From: Nitrospirota bacterium
GTDB lineage: Bacteria > Nitrospirota > Thermodesulfovibrionia > Thermodesulfovibrionales > UBA9159
Direction of reading: 5' to 3'
Assembly (NCBI GenBank): GCA_963699545.1
Contig: CAVOUE010000005.1
Coordinates: 128,001-192,000 of the forward strand
Length of the DNA stretch: 64,000 nt
Shown here: positions 1 to 9,828 of the stretch, one piece after another
Layout: every line of letters starts with the position of its first letter
Numbering within the stretch: position 1 is the stretch's first letter
The notes under the pieces: generated by a model
The model's input: only the letters and a program-made list of their open reading frames with translations
What the model was told of the DNA's origin: nothing
The model's database searches: none
Position numbers and translations under genes: made by a program

Positions 1-1377
1 TTCCTTTAATCCCCCGGCATATCTGCGGCCCCGGTGTTTCTCAAAGACGTCATCAAGGACACCCTCAAAGGAAGCTCTGGCGAGGATCTCTTCCGAAATA
101 TATCCTGCCGTCTTCGGCCCGACACCCTCAATGAGCATAAGGACTCTGTTCCATGCCAGTTCATCTTTGGGGTTGGCGACTATCTTCAGATGGGACATGA
201 CGTCCTTCACATGGGCTGTCTCATAGAACTTGAGTCCTCCAAATACTTCAAAAGGAATATTTCTCCTGCTCAGTTCCGCCTGAAGGGGGATCGAGAGATA
301 CTGTGAGCGGAACAACACGCACTGCTGCCCCAGGGGGACGCCTTCATCCCTCTGAACCTTGATCCGTTCTGCCACCCATTCCGCCTCCTCGTGGGCGTCC
401 TTGAAAAAGAGGAGCGAGGGTCTTTCCCCGGTCTGCTTTTTCGCCGAAACAAGGCACTTGGAGTATTTATTCTTCATGTTCTCGAGAACTGCATTGGCAA
501 CATCCAGGATTGACTGGCTGCTCCGGTAGTTTTCTTCCAGTTTTATGATGGTGCACTCCGGGAATCTTCCGGGGAACTCCATGATATTCTCGTGGGACGC
601 CCCCCGGAAGCCGTAGATGCTCTGGGCGTCGTCACCCACCGCCATGATATTCCGGTGACGTTCCCCAAGAAAGTAGGCGATATCCCCCTGGAGCTTATTC
701 GTGTCCTGGTATTCATCTACCATGATGTACTTGAACTTCCGCGAGAGGCGGTCCCGTATCTCTTCATTTTCGAGGAGCAGCCTGAGGTAGACCAGGAGGT
801 CGTCGTAATCAAGGTAGTTCTTGCTGATCTTGAAGGCGGCATACTCCCGTCTCAGATCATCGATATCGGGTGCAAATTCAAGAAAATGGGGATATTCTTT
901 CTTCAATACCTCGCTTACCAGCATGTTCTTGTTCACAGACATGCTGATGATAGCCCTCAGGGTGTCTTTCTTGGGGTAGCGCTTTTCTTTCTCGTAAAAC
1001 CCGATTTTGGCAGAGCAGCGGTGAACAGCTTCCGCCGCATCGCCCTCATCGAGCAGTGAAAAGGAATCCGAAAAACCCATGACCTTTGCGTGTCTCTTGA
1101 GTTGCTTGTAAGCAAAGGAATGGAAGGTCCCCCCTTCGACGTCCCTGCATCGGGGGTCGTGCCGCGCCGCACGGGAAATCATCTCTCGGGCAGCGCTCCT
1201 CGTAAAGGTGAGGAGAAGGATGGAATGGGGATTTACCTTGTTCTCTACAAGAGAGAGAACGCGGTATTCGATCACCCTTGTCTTGCCGGAGCCTGCTCCC
1301 GCTATGACCAGCACAGGTCCGGCAGCAGCAGTGACCGCTGCAAACTGGGACGGGTTGAGCTGTCGTTTTATATCCAT
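1..1377 (-). CDS. ATP-dependent DNA helicase, UvrD/PcrA/Rep family (runs off window start)
   Basis: Not in ORF track. Manual translation from ATG at 1377: MDIKRQLNPSQFAAV..GPVLVIAGAGSGKTRVIEYR..ILLLTFT..GTFHSFAY (Q motif, Walker A, motifs Ia/Ib). Confidence 0.93.
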   Translation of the reverse strand, partial: MDIKRQLNPSQFAAVTAAAGPVLVIAGAGSGKTRVIEYRVLSLVENKVNPHSILLLTFTRSAAREMISRAARHDPRCRDVEGGTFHSFAYKQLKRHAKVMGFSDSFSLLDEGDAAEAVHRCSAKIGFYEKEKRYPKKDTLRAIISMSVNKNMLVSEVLKKEYPHFLEFAPDIDDLRREYAAFKISKNYLDYDDLLVYLRLLLENEEIRDRLSRKFKYIMVDEYQDTNKLQGDIAYFLGERHRNIMAVGDDAQSIYGFRGASHENIMEFPGRFPECTIIKLEENYRSSQSILDVANAVLENMKNKYSKCLVSAKKQTGERPSLLFFKDAHEEAEWVAERIKVQRDEGVPLGQQCVLFRSQYLSIPLQAELSRRNIPFEVFGGLKFYETAHVKDVMSHLKIVANPKDELAWNRVLMLIEGVGPKTAGYISEEILARASFEGVLDDVFEKHRGRRYAGGLKE

Positions 1378-1472
1378 GTATCGGTCTAAGCCCCTTTTCC
1401 ATTGTTGTATTTGTCACTACCATTCTATCACAGAAAAGACGCGGAGAGGATGGGACGGTATCGTATCGTAAC

Positions 1473-2321
1473 CTATGCCTCTTCCGTGCCGTTCATGGAC
1501 GGAAGGCCGGAATCATCTTCTTCATTGAGGGTGTATATTTCCTGCCTCTGCACATCCGTGCTCTCCTTCCTCAGGGTAAGTTCGCTGAAGATGAAGGGCC
1601 TGGCGGCAGCGGGGAGTTTCGGGTCTGCGTAAAGGTCCTTGAGGTCCGGCGTTTTCATCCCGCTGATGAAGTTCACCACGCAGGTCATGGGGGTATTGAA
1701 ATTTCGTATGAGTCCAAATCTCACCGAATACCGCAGCGACCATTTCGGATGTTCCGCGATCATCCTGATAACGTGAGGCCGGGAGGTCTTTTTGCTGATG
1801 ATAGCATAGAGGAGGCCTTCGGTGAGCGCTGGACTGTCAAGGCACGCGGCCACCACATTTTCATTCCCTTTTCCCATCAGGACGGTTACGATGCTGCTGC
1901 TGGCCCTCCTTGCCAGGGCTGTCATCACGCCCAGGGGCATTGACGGTATCCTTTCGGTTATGGACTGCTCGATCTTCTGCCTCACATTAAGGGGAAGGGT
2001 CTGTTCCCTTGTGAGGTCCGAGAGATCGAAGATCCTGAGGAATTTCAGCTGTGAGAAGGTGACCCTCTGGGGGGTCCTGGGGTTCTTGCAGAGAGCGACT
2101 TTGAGCTTGTAGCTGTCCTTGAACCTCACGTCCCCGGCAAGGAACTCCAGCGCTTCGGATGGGGTGTTCTTCTTCCTCGTGATGAAGACAGCCATATCTT
2201 CAGTGAGATGCCTGTTCAGTGTGGCATTGAGGATGATCTCCGCGCGGTGTTCGCGGACCAGCCTCCAGAGCTCTTCCCCCTCTGCAGAGAGGGCAGCCCT
2301 TATCTTATCTTCGATCTCCAC
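1473..2321 (-). CDS. HEAT/leucine-rich-variant repeat protein
   Basis: Repeated helical units (ALCKNPRTP, ACLDSPAL, GLIRNFNTP). GTG at 2321 directly follows the upstream stop. Confidence 0.6.
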   Translation of the reverse strand: MEIEDKIRAALSAEGEELWRLVREHRAEIILNATLNRHLTEDMAVFITRKKNTPSEALEFLAGDVRFKDSYKLKVALCKNPRTPQRVTFSQLKFLRIFDLSDLTREQTLPLNVRQKIEQSITERIPSMPLGVMTALARRASSSIVTVLMGKGNENVVAACLDSPALTEGLLYAIISKKTSRPHVIRMIAEHPKWSLRYSVRFGLIRNFNTPMTCVVNFISGMKTPDLKDLYADPKLPAAARPFIFSELTLRKESTDVQRQEIYTLNEEDDSGLPSMNGTEEA

Positions 2322-2322
2322 A

Positions 2323-3576
2323 TCACCCCTTGCCCCACGTGGAGACAAACTCCCGGTAGCTCAACCCGAATGATCCCTTGAAGGCCAGTTCAAGATCGCT
2401 CCCTCCTGAAAGAGACTGGAGGAATTCTTTCATCCGGTACAATCCGTGCCTTTCGATAAGGTACGAGACCGCAGAATAACTCTCCTTGTATGCCACGGCG
2501 ACCTGCTCCCCGGTGAGCCATGAAAAAGAACTGCCCAGCAAGTCAAGAGGAATGATCTGCCCGGTCTTGCCGGCGCGATTTATCGAGAAGTATTCTGCAA
2601 GGCCTTCGTTGATCCAGAGGGGACACCGGGAAGTGAGGGAATGGACAACAGAATGAGTGTACTCATGGAAAAGGACTTTTTTCAAGACCGTTTCGTTACG
2701 TTCAGCTCCCCTTACCGGTATCCGTATCTTTCCGTCGTATATCCCCCCCGACCATCCGGGCGCCCGGGTTATATCATGAAAGTCCTGGTTCGTGTAGAGA
2801 ACGGCATTCACTGTTCCCGAGGGGAAATAGCCGAATTCTTTTCCCACGGTGCTGTACGCATCTTCCAGGATCTCCAGGACCCTCCTGCTCATTCCGCCAT
2901 GTCTGTATCCATCAAAGGTGATCCTAAAATGCGATGTGCTTTCGCTCTCGGATACCTCCTGGGTGTTCTTGTCCCTTCTGAGCTTATCGCAGAGCTTCTG
3001 GAGTTCCTCGTCCTTCTTTATCGCGAGCCCCGCCTCTGCATGCGATAGACCCTTGTCAACATCGTCCTTTCTGTAATAGAGAAAAGCAAGGGTCTTTCTC
3101 ACACCGAAGTCACCCGGGTCGTTCTTCACGGCCTGCTCAAGAAACCTCTCTGCGTTTTCATGGTCCCCAAGCCTGAGATAGGAGATACCCATGCCGGCCA
3201 GCGCGCTCGTGTTCTTCCCGGAGAGTTCCCTGTAGAGCTTGATGGCCCCTTCATAATCCCCTGAGCGGAACTTTTCCGCTGCCTGAGAAGCAAGCTCCCG
3301 GTCCGTCTCCGATACCTGCTCTCTCCCCTGAGAAGAAACAGGGGCCTTCTCAGGGCCGGCGGGATTCGGCGGTTCGACCTTCACGGACTCTCTCAGCACA
3401 GAGATGCGTTCCCCATCACTCTGAGGAGCCGGAGATACGGGAGGTCGTTCGGATCTCACATCAGGGGGTTCGACAGGTATGTGCGGCGCAGCGTTCTCCT
3501 GCGATTTCTCAACGTAAAGATACCCCGTAAACGCCGCAAGACAGAGGATGAGACCGTACGTTATTACCCTTCCCAT
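2323..3576 (-). CDS. Membrane-anchored TPR protein with peptidase MA-type zinc metallopeptidase domain
   Basis: N-terminal TM segment, Pro-rich linker, TPR repeats, HEYTH plus WINEGLAEY (gluzincin-type). Confidence 0.8.
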   Translation of the reverse strand: MGRVITYGLILCLAAFTGYLYVEKSQENAAPHIPVEPPDVRSERPPVSPAPQSDGERISVLRESVKVEPPNPAGPEKAPVSSQGREQVSETDRELASQAAEKFRSGDYEGAIKLYRELSGKNTSALAGMGISYLRLGDHENAERFLEQAVKNDPGDFGVRKTLAFLYYRKDDVDKGLSHAEAGLAIKKDEELQKLCDKLRRDKNTQEVSESESTSHFRITFDGYRHGGMSRRVLEILEDAYSTVGKEFGYFPSGTVNAVLYTNQDFHDITRAPGWSGGIYDGKIRIPVRGAERNETVLKKVLFHEYTHSVVHSLTSRCPLWINEGLAEYFSINRAGKTGQIIPLDLLGSSFSWLTGEQVAVAYKESYSAVSYLIERHGLYRMKEFLQSLSGGSDLELAFKGSFGLSYREFVSTWGKG

Positions 3577-3962
3577 TTATCGGGTGTCTTTTCGAAGCGG
3601 ATTCTCCTCAGACCGGTTATCCATGAAAGGAACATGCTCACGATACTCACGATGATGGCCCCCCAAAAGGCAGGCCAGAAGCCCCGTATGTGAAAGCCGA
3701 GATGAAAGGTATCGGAAACAGATGCGGTGAGTACAAGCATAAGGGTATTGATGATCAGTGTGAAAAGACCAAGGGTAAGGACGATAAAAGGGATACTGAA
3801 GAATTGCACAATCGGCTTTATCACCGAATTAACCGCACCGAAGAGCGCCCCGACGACTATCATCTTCCACCACTCGCCGGAAAAGGTTATGCCGTCCACG
3901 AGTTTCATAGCGACAACAAGAGAAAGGGCGTTTATCATCACCCCCAGGATCAGATATGACAT
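3564..3962 (-). CDS. 4-TM membrane protein, YvlD/'phage holin family' (DUF360)
   Basis: GAVNSVIKPI..SIPFIVLTLGLFTLIIN..GFWPAFWGAIIVSIVS motif. Confidence 0.85.
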   Translation of the reverse strand: MSYLILGVMINALSLVVAMKLVDGITFSGEWWKMIVVGALFGAVNSVIKPIVQFFSIPFIVLTLGLFTLIINTLMLVLTASVSDTFHLGFHIRGFWPAFWGAIIVSIVSMFLSWITGLRRIRFEKTPDKWEG

Positions 3963-4034
3963 GTCACCCCTCCCCATGAATTATAATAAAAGAACTCATC
4001 CCAATATTGGAATGCCCGAACCTCGCAGGCCCGA

Positions 4035-4625
4035 TCAGTCAATCTTTTTTTTCCCGTGGAAGAGTTCGCTCCCTGCACCGGGATACACCGTCCGCTCTTC
4101 CTTCGAGGTCGGCCTGCTCACCAGCGGCCATGTGTCGAAATGGGCTTCAGACCCTCCCCTTGCCGTACAAGACGGTTCAGAGTCCGCCATGATCGGCTTC
4201 TTCCGGACATTCACCCCTTCCACATTATGGCTGAACTCCACAGGAATGCCGTTGGGGTCAAAGGCATAGATCGAGTGGATGAAGCCGTGGTCGATCACCT
4301 CCGATACCCAGAAACCCGCAGCAGAGAACCTGTCCTTCAGCTCCCAGAGATCATCCTCCGCCTCGACCCCAAAGGCGATATGGTCAAAGACAAAGGGACC
4401 CCCTAGGGGACGACCATGCTCCTTTTCCGGCACGGGCTGCACCCCGGGCCATTCAAAGAAGGCCAGGAGATCATTCCCTGATATCTCGAAGAAATAGTGG
4501 CGGTAGCCGGGATGGCCGAGTCCTGCGACCAATCTCATGCCGAGCAGGTCCCTCCAGAAATGGATGGTTTTGTCCATGTTGTCGGTTGCCATTGCAAGAT
4601 GGTTGATGCCATTGAATTTTACCAT
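4035..4625 (-). CDS. VOC/glyoxalase family protein
   Basis: GINHLAM..DHIAFGV..SIYAFDPNGIPVEF. Confidence 0.85.
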   Translation of the reverse strand: MVKFNGINHLAMATDNMDKTIHFWRDLLGMRLVAGLGHPGYRHYFFEISGNDLLAFFEWPGVQPVPEKEHGRPLGGPFVFDHIAFGVEAEDDLWELKDRFSAAGFWVSEVIDHGFIHSIYAFDPNGIPVEFSHNVEGVNVRKKPIMADSEPSCTARGGSEAHFDTWPLVSRPTSKEERTVYPGAGSELFHGKKKID

Positions 4626-4644
4626 GCATCACCTCACATCAACG

Positions 4645-5091
4645 TTAATTCCCAGGAAAACTTTCCAGGACCCCAAAGTATATCTTTCCACCGCGCTCAT
4701 AGACTTGCACTTCAACCGAGGCCCTCGAAAAAATGCCGGTGTACATCGGGTAAGTGAGGAGATATCCTATCGCCTTTCCTCTATACGTCACTTCCCTCAC
4801 ATCCACTTTCCTGTAGCCCTTTCCTTTTTGCATGAAGGCCATGGCGTCTTCGAAGGTTGAGGGAGCCTCATAAATCTGTACCGAATACGGGACGATCTCC
4901 TCATTACCTCCAGGGAATTTCAACAGAACAGCTCTGAACACGTCAGCGTCGCCATAAGCATAAAAATAGGCAGTGTACGTCGTCGTTTTCGGTATGCTAT
5001 CCGCCCTCTCAACACCCTGCATCTGGACTGTCTGCGCGCATCCTGCTGATATCACTAAAAGTACGACCATCAGGTTTCTCAGGTTCTTCAT
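4645..5091 (-). CDS. Hypothetical lipoprotein
   Basis: Signal peptide with lipobox ISAGC; RBS GAGGAAGG upstream. Confidence 0.6.
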   Translation of the reverse strand: MKNLRNLMVVLLVISAGCAQTVQMQGVERADSIPKTTTYTAYFYAYGDADVFRAVLLKFPGGNEEIVPYSVQIYEAPSTFEDAMAFMQKGKGYRKVDVREVTYRGKAIGYLLTYPMYTGIFSRASVEVQVYERGGKIYFGVLESFPGN

Positions 5092-5199
5092 TATACCTTC
5101 CTCCTTTCTTATCACTCACACTCTTTCTTTTAAGTATACTGGAGAAAGATAAGCAGTCAAACGTGTAGAGCAAAAAAGGAACGTCAGGAAAAGGTCGGT

Positions 5200-6513
5200 T
5201 TATCCCCGGAGTCTCTTCTTCGACTCCATAAGGGCCTGTACAGGCTTGAGACCATACGGGCTGCCCTGCTCTATGGCCGTGAGCACCGTGCCCCCTCCTG
5301 TGAAAAAGTAGTAGCTGGCGTTGTCCATCACCGAGAGATAGAGGCCGGGACAGAGGTCCTTGAATTCCTGGAGAGTATCGCCGCCACCGTACATCTTCAT
5401 AGCGGACCTGTTCCTGTCTATGGTGTGGTCAAGGGCCTGGGAGCCGGCAGTGAAATGAGGCGTGTAGCCCATCACGGCGTTGACGAAGATGGTCCTTGCG
5501 GAACCGATGGCTTCAGCCACGACAGCATCCTCGAAGGACTGAGGGTCGATGTCGAGAACATACCCATGGGAATTCCCCGGCCTGAAGTCCCGTGTAGTGA
5601 TGGTCCTGAATCTTCCCTCAACCCGTCCCTCAACAGTGTCTGACTCGACCACGAAGGGGAGTTCAACGATCTTCTTCCTGGCCGCGTCTTTCTCGACAAG
5701 CTCTCTAGCCAGGGTAATGTCCTCATCGGTCACACCCATTATCCTCATATTATACTTCGCGCAGAGATACGTGTTATAGATGACTCCGCCCAATATGAGA
5801 CGGTCAACCTTTTCGTATATCGCATACAGGGGCTTTATCTTGGTGTCATACTTTGCCCCTGCGACCACCGCCACAAAGGGTCTTTCAGGATTCATCACGC
5901 TGCTGAGGTTGACCACCTCCTGTTGCATAAGGAACCCTGCATAGGAAGGGAGATATCTCGTGATATCGTAGGTGGATGCATGGGGCTGCCACGATCCGAA
6001 GGCATCGTTCACATAGATGTCCGCAAGCCCTGCCAACTGGAGACTGAAAGCTTCCCTGGATCCACCTTCCATCTCTTCCCCGGCAAACCACCGGGTATTG
6101 GGCAGATAAATCCCGCCGATCCGCCGCTCCCTCAGTTCCCGGATGGCAAGGTTGATGGACGTATCGATCCCTGCGATGCCTTTCTCAGGATCTATGGGAA
6201 ACCTCGGGATAGAGAATTTTGTATGGAGTTTCTGCTCCATATACTGGACGATGGCTTCCACGGACTCCTCGGGCCTGCACTGGATCCTTCCGCTCTTCTT
6301 ATCCCTGGGCCTGCCCACGTGCGTCATCATAACGGGCCTGCCGCCCCTCTCAACAATATGGAAGAGCGTACCAAGGGTGCGGTCTATCCTGTAAGGGTCC
6401 CGGATCTCGCCACCCTTCACCACATTGTGGTCGAACCTCACCAACACTATCTTCCCGTTCAGGTCAGCGTCCTGGATGAGTGGCAGGTCAGGATGCAAGC
6501 TGTTCTTCTTCAT
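5200..6513 (-). CDS. pgk: Phosphoglycerate kinase (divergent)
   Basis: RFDHNV, THVGRP, NDAFG, GAK, GGGDT and TGGG motifs in PGK order. Confidence 0.8.
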   Translation of the reverse strand: MKKNSLHPDLPLIQDADLNGKIVLVRFDHNVVKGGEIRDPYRIDRTLGTLFHIVERGGRPVMMTHVGRPRDKKSGRIQCRPEESVEAIVQYMEQKLHTKFSIPRFPIDPEKGIAGIDTSINLAIRELRERRIGGIYLPNTRWFAGEEMEGGSREAFSLQLAGLADIYVNDAFGSWQPHASTYDITRYLPSYAGFLMQQEVVNLSSVMNPERPFVAVVAGAKYDTKIKPLYAIYEKVDRLILGGVIYNTYLCAKYNMRIMGVTDEDITLARELVEKDAARKKIVELPFVVESDTVEGRVEGRFRTITTRDFRPGNSHGYVLDIDPQSFEDAVVAEAIGSARTIFVNAVMGYTPHFTAGSQALDHTIDRNRSAMKMYGGGDTLQEFKDLCPGLYLSVMDNASYYFFTGGGTVLTAIEQGSPYGLKPVQALMESKKRLRG

Positions 6514-6560
6514 AGTCTATGAAAAGTATTGCGCGGGAAAGAGAGAATGTCAAGCAAGGG

Positions 6561-6776
6561 TTAGAGCTTCACCGGCTTGAGGTTCATCCTTGTTACGACT
6601 GAGAGTATCTGTTTTTCGTTGATTTCCTTCGGGTCGTACTGAATGGTTACGTTCTCTTTCCAGGAGTCCGCTTTTGCACTGATAATCCCATCCATGCGGA
6701 GAAGGATCGTTTCCAGATCAAGGGCACACCCTGCGCAATCCAGACCGGCGACCGCTAACTTTAACTCTTCGGACAT
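6561..6776 (-). CDS. Heavy-metal-associated (HMA/CopZ-like) protein
   Basis: 71 aa with GLDCAGC motif. Confidence 0.8.
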   Translation of the reverse strand: MSEELKLAVAGLDCAGCALDLETILLRMDGIISAKADSWKENVTIQYDPKEINEKQILSVVTRMNLKPVKL

Positions 6777-6816
6777 ACTTAAAGTAGTTTATGATATATA
6801 TGTGATAATTAACTGA

Positions 6817-7215
6817 TTACACAATATTATATGACAGTTTCTTGACTTCATCCGGCAGTGGAGCGGGCTTAAGGTCCTTGCCCACACAGACAAGGGTGGT
6901 GGTTGACCTGGCGATCAAAACATCTCCCTTTGTGATTTCCTGGAAGAACTTCATAGTGGCCATTCTTGCGTCTTCCACCCGAGCAGAAACCGTCAGCTTG
7001 TCCTGGTAACGGGCTGGCGCCTTATAGTCGATCTCGACCCGGGCAACCACGAACCAAATGTCCTTCTCCGCCAGCTTCGCCAGTTCTATCCCTTTGACAA
7101 GGAGATACTCGGTGCGCGCCTCTTCAAGGTACTTCAGGTAATTCGCGTAATAGACCACACCCCCGCAGTCCGTGTCGTGGTAGTAGATCTTCTTCTCTAT
7201 CGTAAAATCAGGCAT
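6817..7215 (-). CDS. YbgC/FadM family acyl-CoA thioesterase
   Basis: IYYHDTDCGGVVYYANYLKYLEEARTE hot-dog motif. Confidence 0.88.
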   Translation of the reverse strand: MPDFTIEKKIYYHDTDCGGVVYYANYLKYLEEARTEYLLVKGIELAKLAEKDIWFVVARVEIDYKAPARYQDKLTVSARVEDARMATMKFFQEITKGDVLIARSTTTLVCVGKDLKPAPLPDEVKKLSYNIV

Positions 7216-7218
7216 ACC

Positions 7219-8568
7219 TCATCGCTCCAGTCCGAACTTCTTCATCAGTTCCAGTCCCGCATCCAAAGATTCAAAGACAGAGCGCTTTTTCATTCCCTGG
7301 TTCACAAATTCCCTTTCGAACTCCTCGCCAAAATCCAGCATCACCCTGTCGCCCTCGCTCATTCCTTCCCTTCCCACGATTGCTTCAAGCCTCCTGAGGT
7401 CTCTGCCTTTCGCGTAATACTTGTAAAGGAGATTGGCCACTTTCCTGTGGTCTTCTCTTGTATGACCTGCTCCGATCCCGCTCTGCATGAGCCTTGAGAG
7501 GCTCGGCAGCACATCCACAGGAGGGAATATCTCCTTCTGGTGGAGTTCCCTGCTCAGGACGATCTGTCCTTCCGTGATATATCCGGTGAGGTCAGGAATG
7601 GGATGGGTGATGTCGTCCTCAGGCATGGTCACCACAGGCAACATAGTGACCGATCCGGGCATTCCATTGATCCTTCCTGCACGTTCATAGAGGGATGCCA
7701 GGTCAGAGTACATATACCCGGGATAGCCCCTTCTGCCGGGGAGTTCTTCCCTCGCAGTAGAGACCTCCCTCAGGGCATCGCAGTAGTTGGTCATATCCGT
7801 GATCACCACAAGCACGTCCATGCCCGTTTCAAAGGCAAGGTATTCGGCCACGGTCAGTCCATATCTCGGCGCAAGAAGTCTCTCCACCACAGGCTCATCC
7901 GCCATGTTCGCAAAGGCCACGAACCCCGTCCTCATCTCTTCAAGGGTTCTTTTATAGAAGGAATACTCATGGAAGGTGAGTCCCAACGCAACAAAGACGA
8001 CCACAAATCCTCCCGATACCTCCTGCCCTTCCTTTTGTGACCGAGAGGCAGTCCCTGCATTTTTCAGTATGCCAGCTGCAAGCTCCTTTGACGGCAGACC
8101 TGCGCAGGAAAAGATAGGGAGCTTCTGCCCCTTCACGAGGGTGTTGAGCCCGTCGATGCACGAAAACCCCGTCTCTATGAACTCCTCGGGCCGGGCCCGG
8201 GAAGCGGGATTAATGGGAAACCCTGTCACCGGAGCCCATTTTTCAGGGATGAACATCGGTGCACCGTCCCTGGGCTGAAATGAGCCGCTGAAGACCCTTC
8301 CAATGATATCGGATGAAAGGGGCGCCTTCTTCACTGCGTCCCCGAAAACCACCGAGGAGTTTCCGACATCCAGACCGCGCGTCTCGCCATAGACCTGGAT
8401 AAGGACAGAATCCCTGTCGATCTTCAGCACCTCGCCCTCCATCTCCTTGCCATCAGGGAAGACCACCTTGACCACTTCACCTGCCCGTGCGCTGAATACC
8501 TTTTCCACAAAGAGGAGAGGCCCCCTGATGGACGAGATGGTGGTATATATGTGGTCTGAGAGTCTCAC
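7219..8568 (-). CDS. A/V-type ATP synthase subunit B
   Basis: GQKLPIFS, DMTNYCDALREVSTAREELPGRRGYPGYMYSDLA, THPIPDLTGYITEGQI. Confidence 0.95.
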   Translation of the reverse strand: MRLSDHIYTTISSIRGPLLFVEKVFSARAGEVVKVVFPDGKEMEGEVLKIDRDSVLIQVYGETRGLDVGNSSVVFGDAVKKAPLSSDIIGRVFSGSFQPRDGAPMFIPEKWAPVTGFPINPASRARPEEFIETGFSCIDGLNTLVKGQKLPIFSCAGLPSKELAAGILKNAGTASRSQKEGQEVSGGFVVVFVALGLTFHEYSFYKRTLEEMRTGFVAFANMADEPVVERLLAPRYGLTVAEYLAFETGMDVLVVITDMTNYCDALREVSTAREELPGRRGYPGYMYSDLASLYERAGRINGMPGSVTMLPVVTMPEDDITHPIPDLTGYITEGQIVLSRELHQKEIFPPVDVLPSLSRLMQSGIGAGHTREDHRKVANLLYKYYAKGRDLRRLEAIVGREGMSEGDRVMLDFGEEFEREFVNQGMKKRSVFESLDAGLELMKKFGLER

Positions 8569-8586
8569 AGCCCTATCCTTGTGAGT

Positions 8587-8595
8587 ATTATACCA
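8587..8595 (-). promoter_or_regulatory. Extended -10 promoter (TGnTATAAT) for the detached subunit B gene
   Basis: Minus-strand TGGTATAAT 18 nt upstream of GTG at 8568. Confidence 0.5.
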
Positions 8596-8680
8596 CCGGC
8601 CGGTTCGAAGGAAAAGGTTCTTGATTTCGAAAAGAGAGCCATTCGTTACCGTAATGCCTTATAATACATCGGGGCTAAAG

Positions 8681-9475
8681 GTGAACCTGCTCGACAAGCT
8701 CGAAAGAAAGTTCGGCCGTTATGCCATACGGGAATTGATGGTCTATATCATTGGTATCAACGCGCTCGTCTATTTTCTTTCCTACGCGTACCCTGAAAGC
8801 AGCGCGACAAGCAAACTCTGGCTCGACCCTTCCCTGATCATGAAGGGTGAGGTCTGGCGATTGATCACCTATATATTCATACCGCCGACGGCGTCGGTCC
8901 TCTGGATCTTTTTCATCCTTTATTTCTATTACATAGTGGGGACAGGGTTGGAACAGGAATGGGGAAGCTTCAGATTCACTGTTTACTATTTAGCCGGAAT
9001 GGTGGGGACCGTCATTGCAGCATTCATCGTTGGACAGGGCGCTACAGCCCTCTACCTGAACATGTCCCTCTTCCTGGCCTTTGCCTATGTGTATCCCAAC
9101 TTCGAAATACTGTTGTTTTTCGTCGTCCCTGTGAAGGTAAAGTATCTTGCCTGGCTTAACTGGATCTTTATCGCCTTTACTGTTTTGACGGCGCCATTGT
9201 CAGCCAAGGCCGCCGCCATTGTCTCCGTCTTGAATTACTTTCTTTTCTTCGGCAAAGATATTCTGAATGCGACCTCCGCCTATCAACGAAGAAGGCACTT
9301 TAAGTCCCTCAGTGCCCAGCCACTGAAGGCCACTATCCACAGATGCATGATATGCGGAATGACCGAAAATGACGACATACGGATGGAGTTCAGATATTGT
9401 TCCCGGTGCGAAGGCGATCGTGAATATTGCATGCCACACCTGAAAACGCACGAACACGTGGCACCGGAGAAATAG
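8681..9475 (+). CDS. Rhomboid/Derlin-like membrane protein with C-terminal Cys/His zinc finger
   Basis: GEVWRLITYIFIPP (WR motif), several TM helices, tail CxxC..CxxC..CxxH..H. Confidence 0.7.
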   Translation: MNLLDKLERKFGRYAIRELMVYIIGINALVYFLSYAYPESSATSKLWLDPSLIMKGEVWRLITYIFIPPTASVLWIFFILYFYYIVGTGLEQEWGSFRFTVYYLAGMVGTVIAAFIVGQGATALYLNMSLFLAFAYVYPNFEILLFFVVPVKVKYLAWLNWIFIAFTVLTAPLSAKAAAIVSVLNYFLFFGKDILNATSAYQRRRHFKSLSAQPLKATIHRCMICGMTENDDIRMEFRYCSRCEGDREYCMPHLKTHEHVAPEK

Positions 9476-9522
9476 GGTCCATTCGTTCGATTCAACAATA
9501 TCCCAGGGAGGAGGACACAAGA

Positions 9523-9828
9523 ATGACAAGAGGAAAGATCGTCGTGGTGCTCGTAGGTCTCGTTTTCTGTCTCATGGTTTCACCGGTTTTCGCAGAGGAG
9601 AGCAGGTTTGACCTTAACGCAGGAGCCGCAATAAAGGACATTTTGAAGGATCAGGTGGGAAAGCGGGTATCCATACGGTTGGATGCAGGGGAAGAAATGG
9701 AAGGGACCGTTACCAGAGTCGGTGACCAGCTGGTGCATATCTCAAAGCTTTTACGAAGGGATTTTTACGACGCCGTCGTCCGCATCGACAAGATTAATGC
9801 GGTAATAATCAAAGTGAGAGGCAACTAA
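9523..9828 (+). CDS. Exported hypothetical protein (possible Sm-like beta fold)
   Basis: RBS GGAGGAGG; signal peptide ending PVFA; GKRVSIRLDAGEEMEGTV pattern. Confidence 0.65.
   Translation: MTRGKIVVVLVGLVFCLMVSPVFAEESRFDLNAGAAIKDILKDQVGKRVSIRLDAGEEMEGTVTRVGDQLVHISKLLRRDFYDAVVRIDKINAVIIKVRGN

Noticed and set aside
3564-3962. 'Phage holin family' gene as evidence of a prophage
   Set aside because: YvlD-type proteins are common chromosomal genes; there is no integrase, endolysin or structural phage gene nearby.
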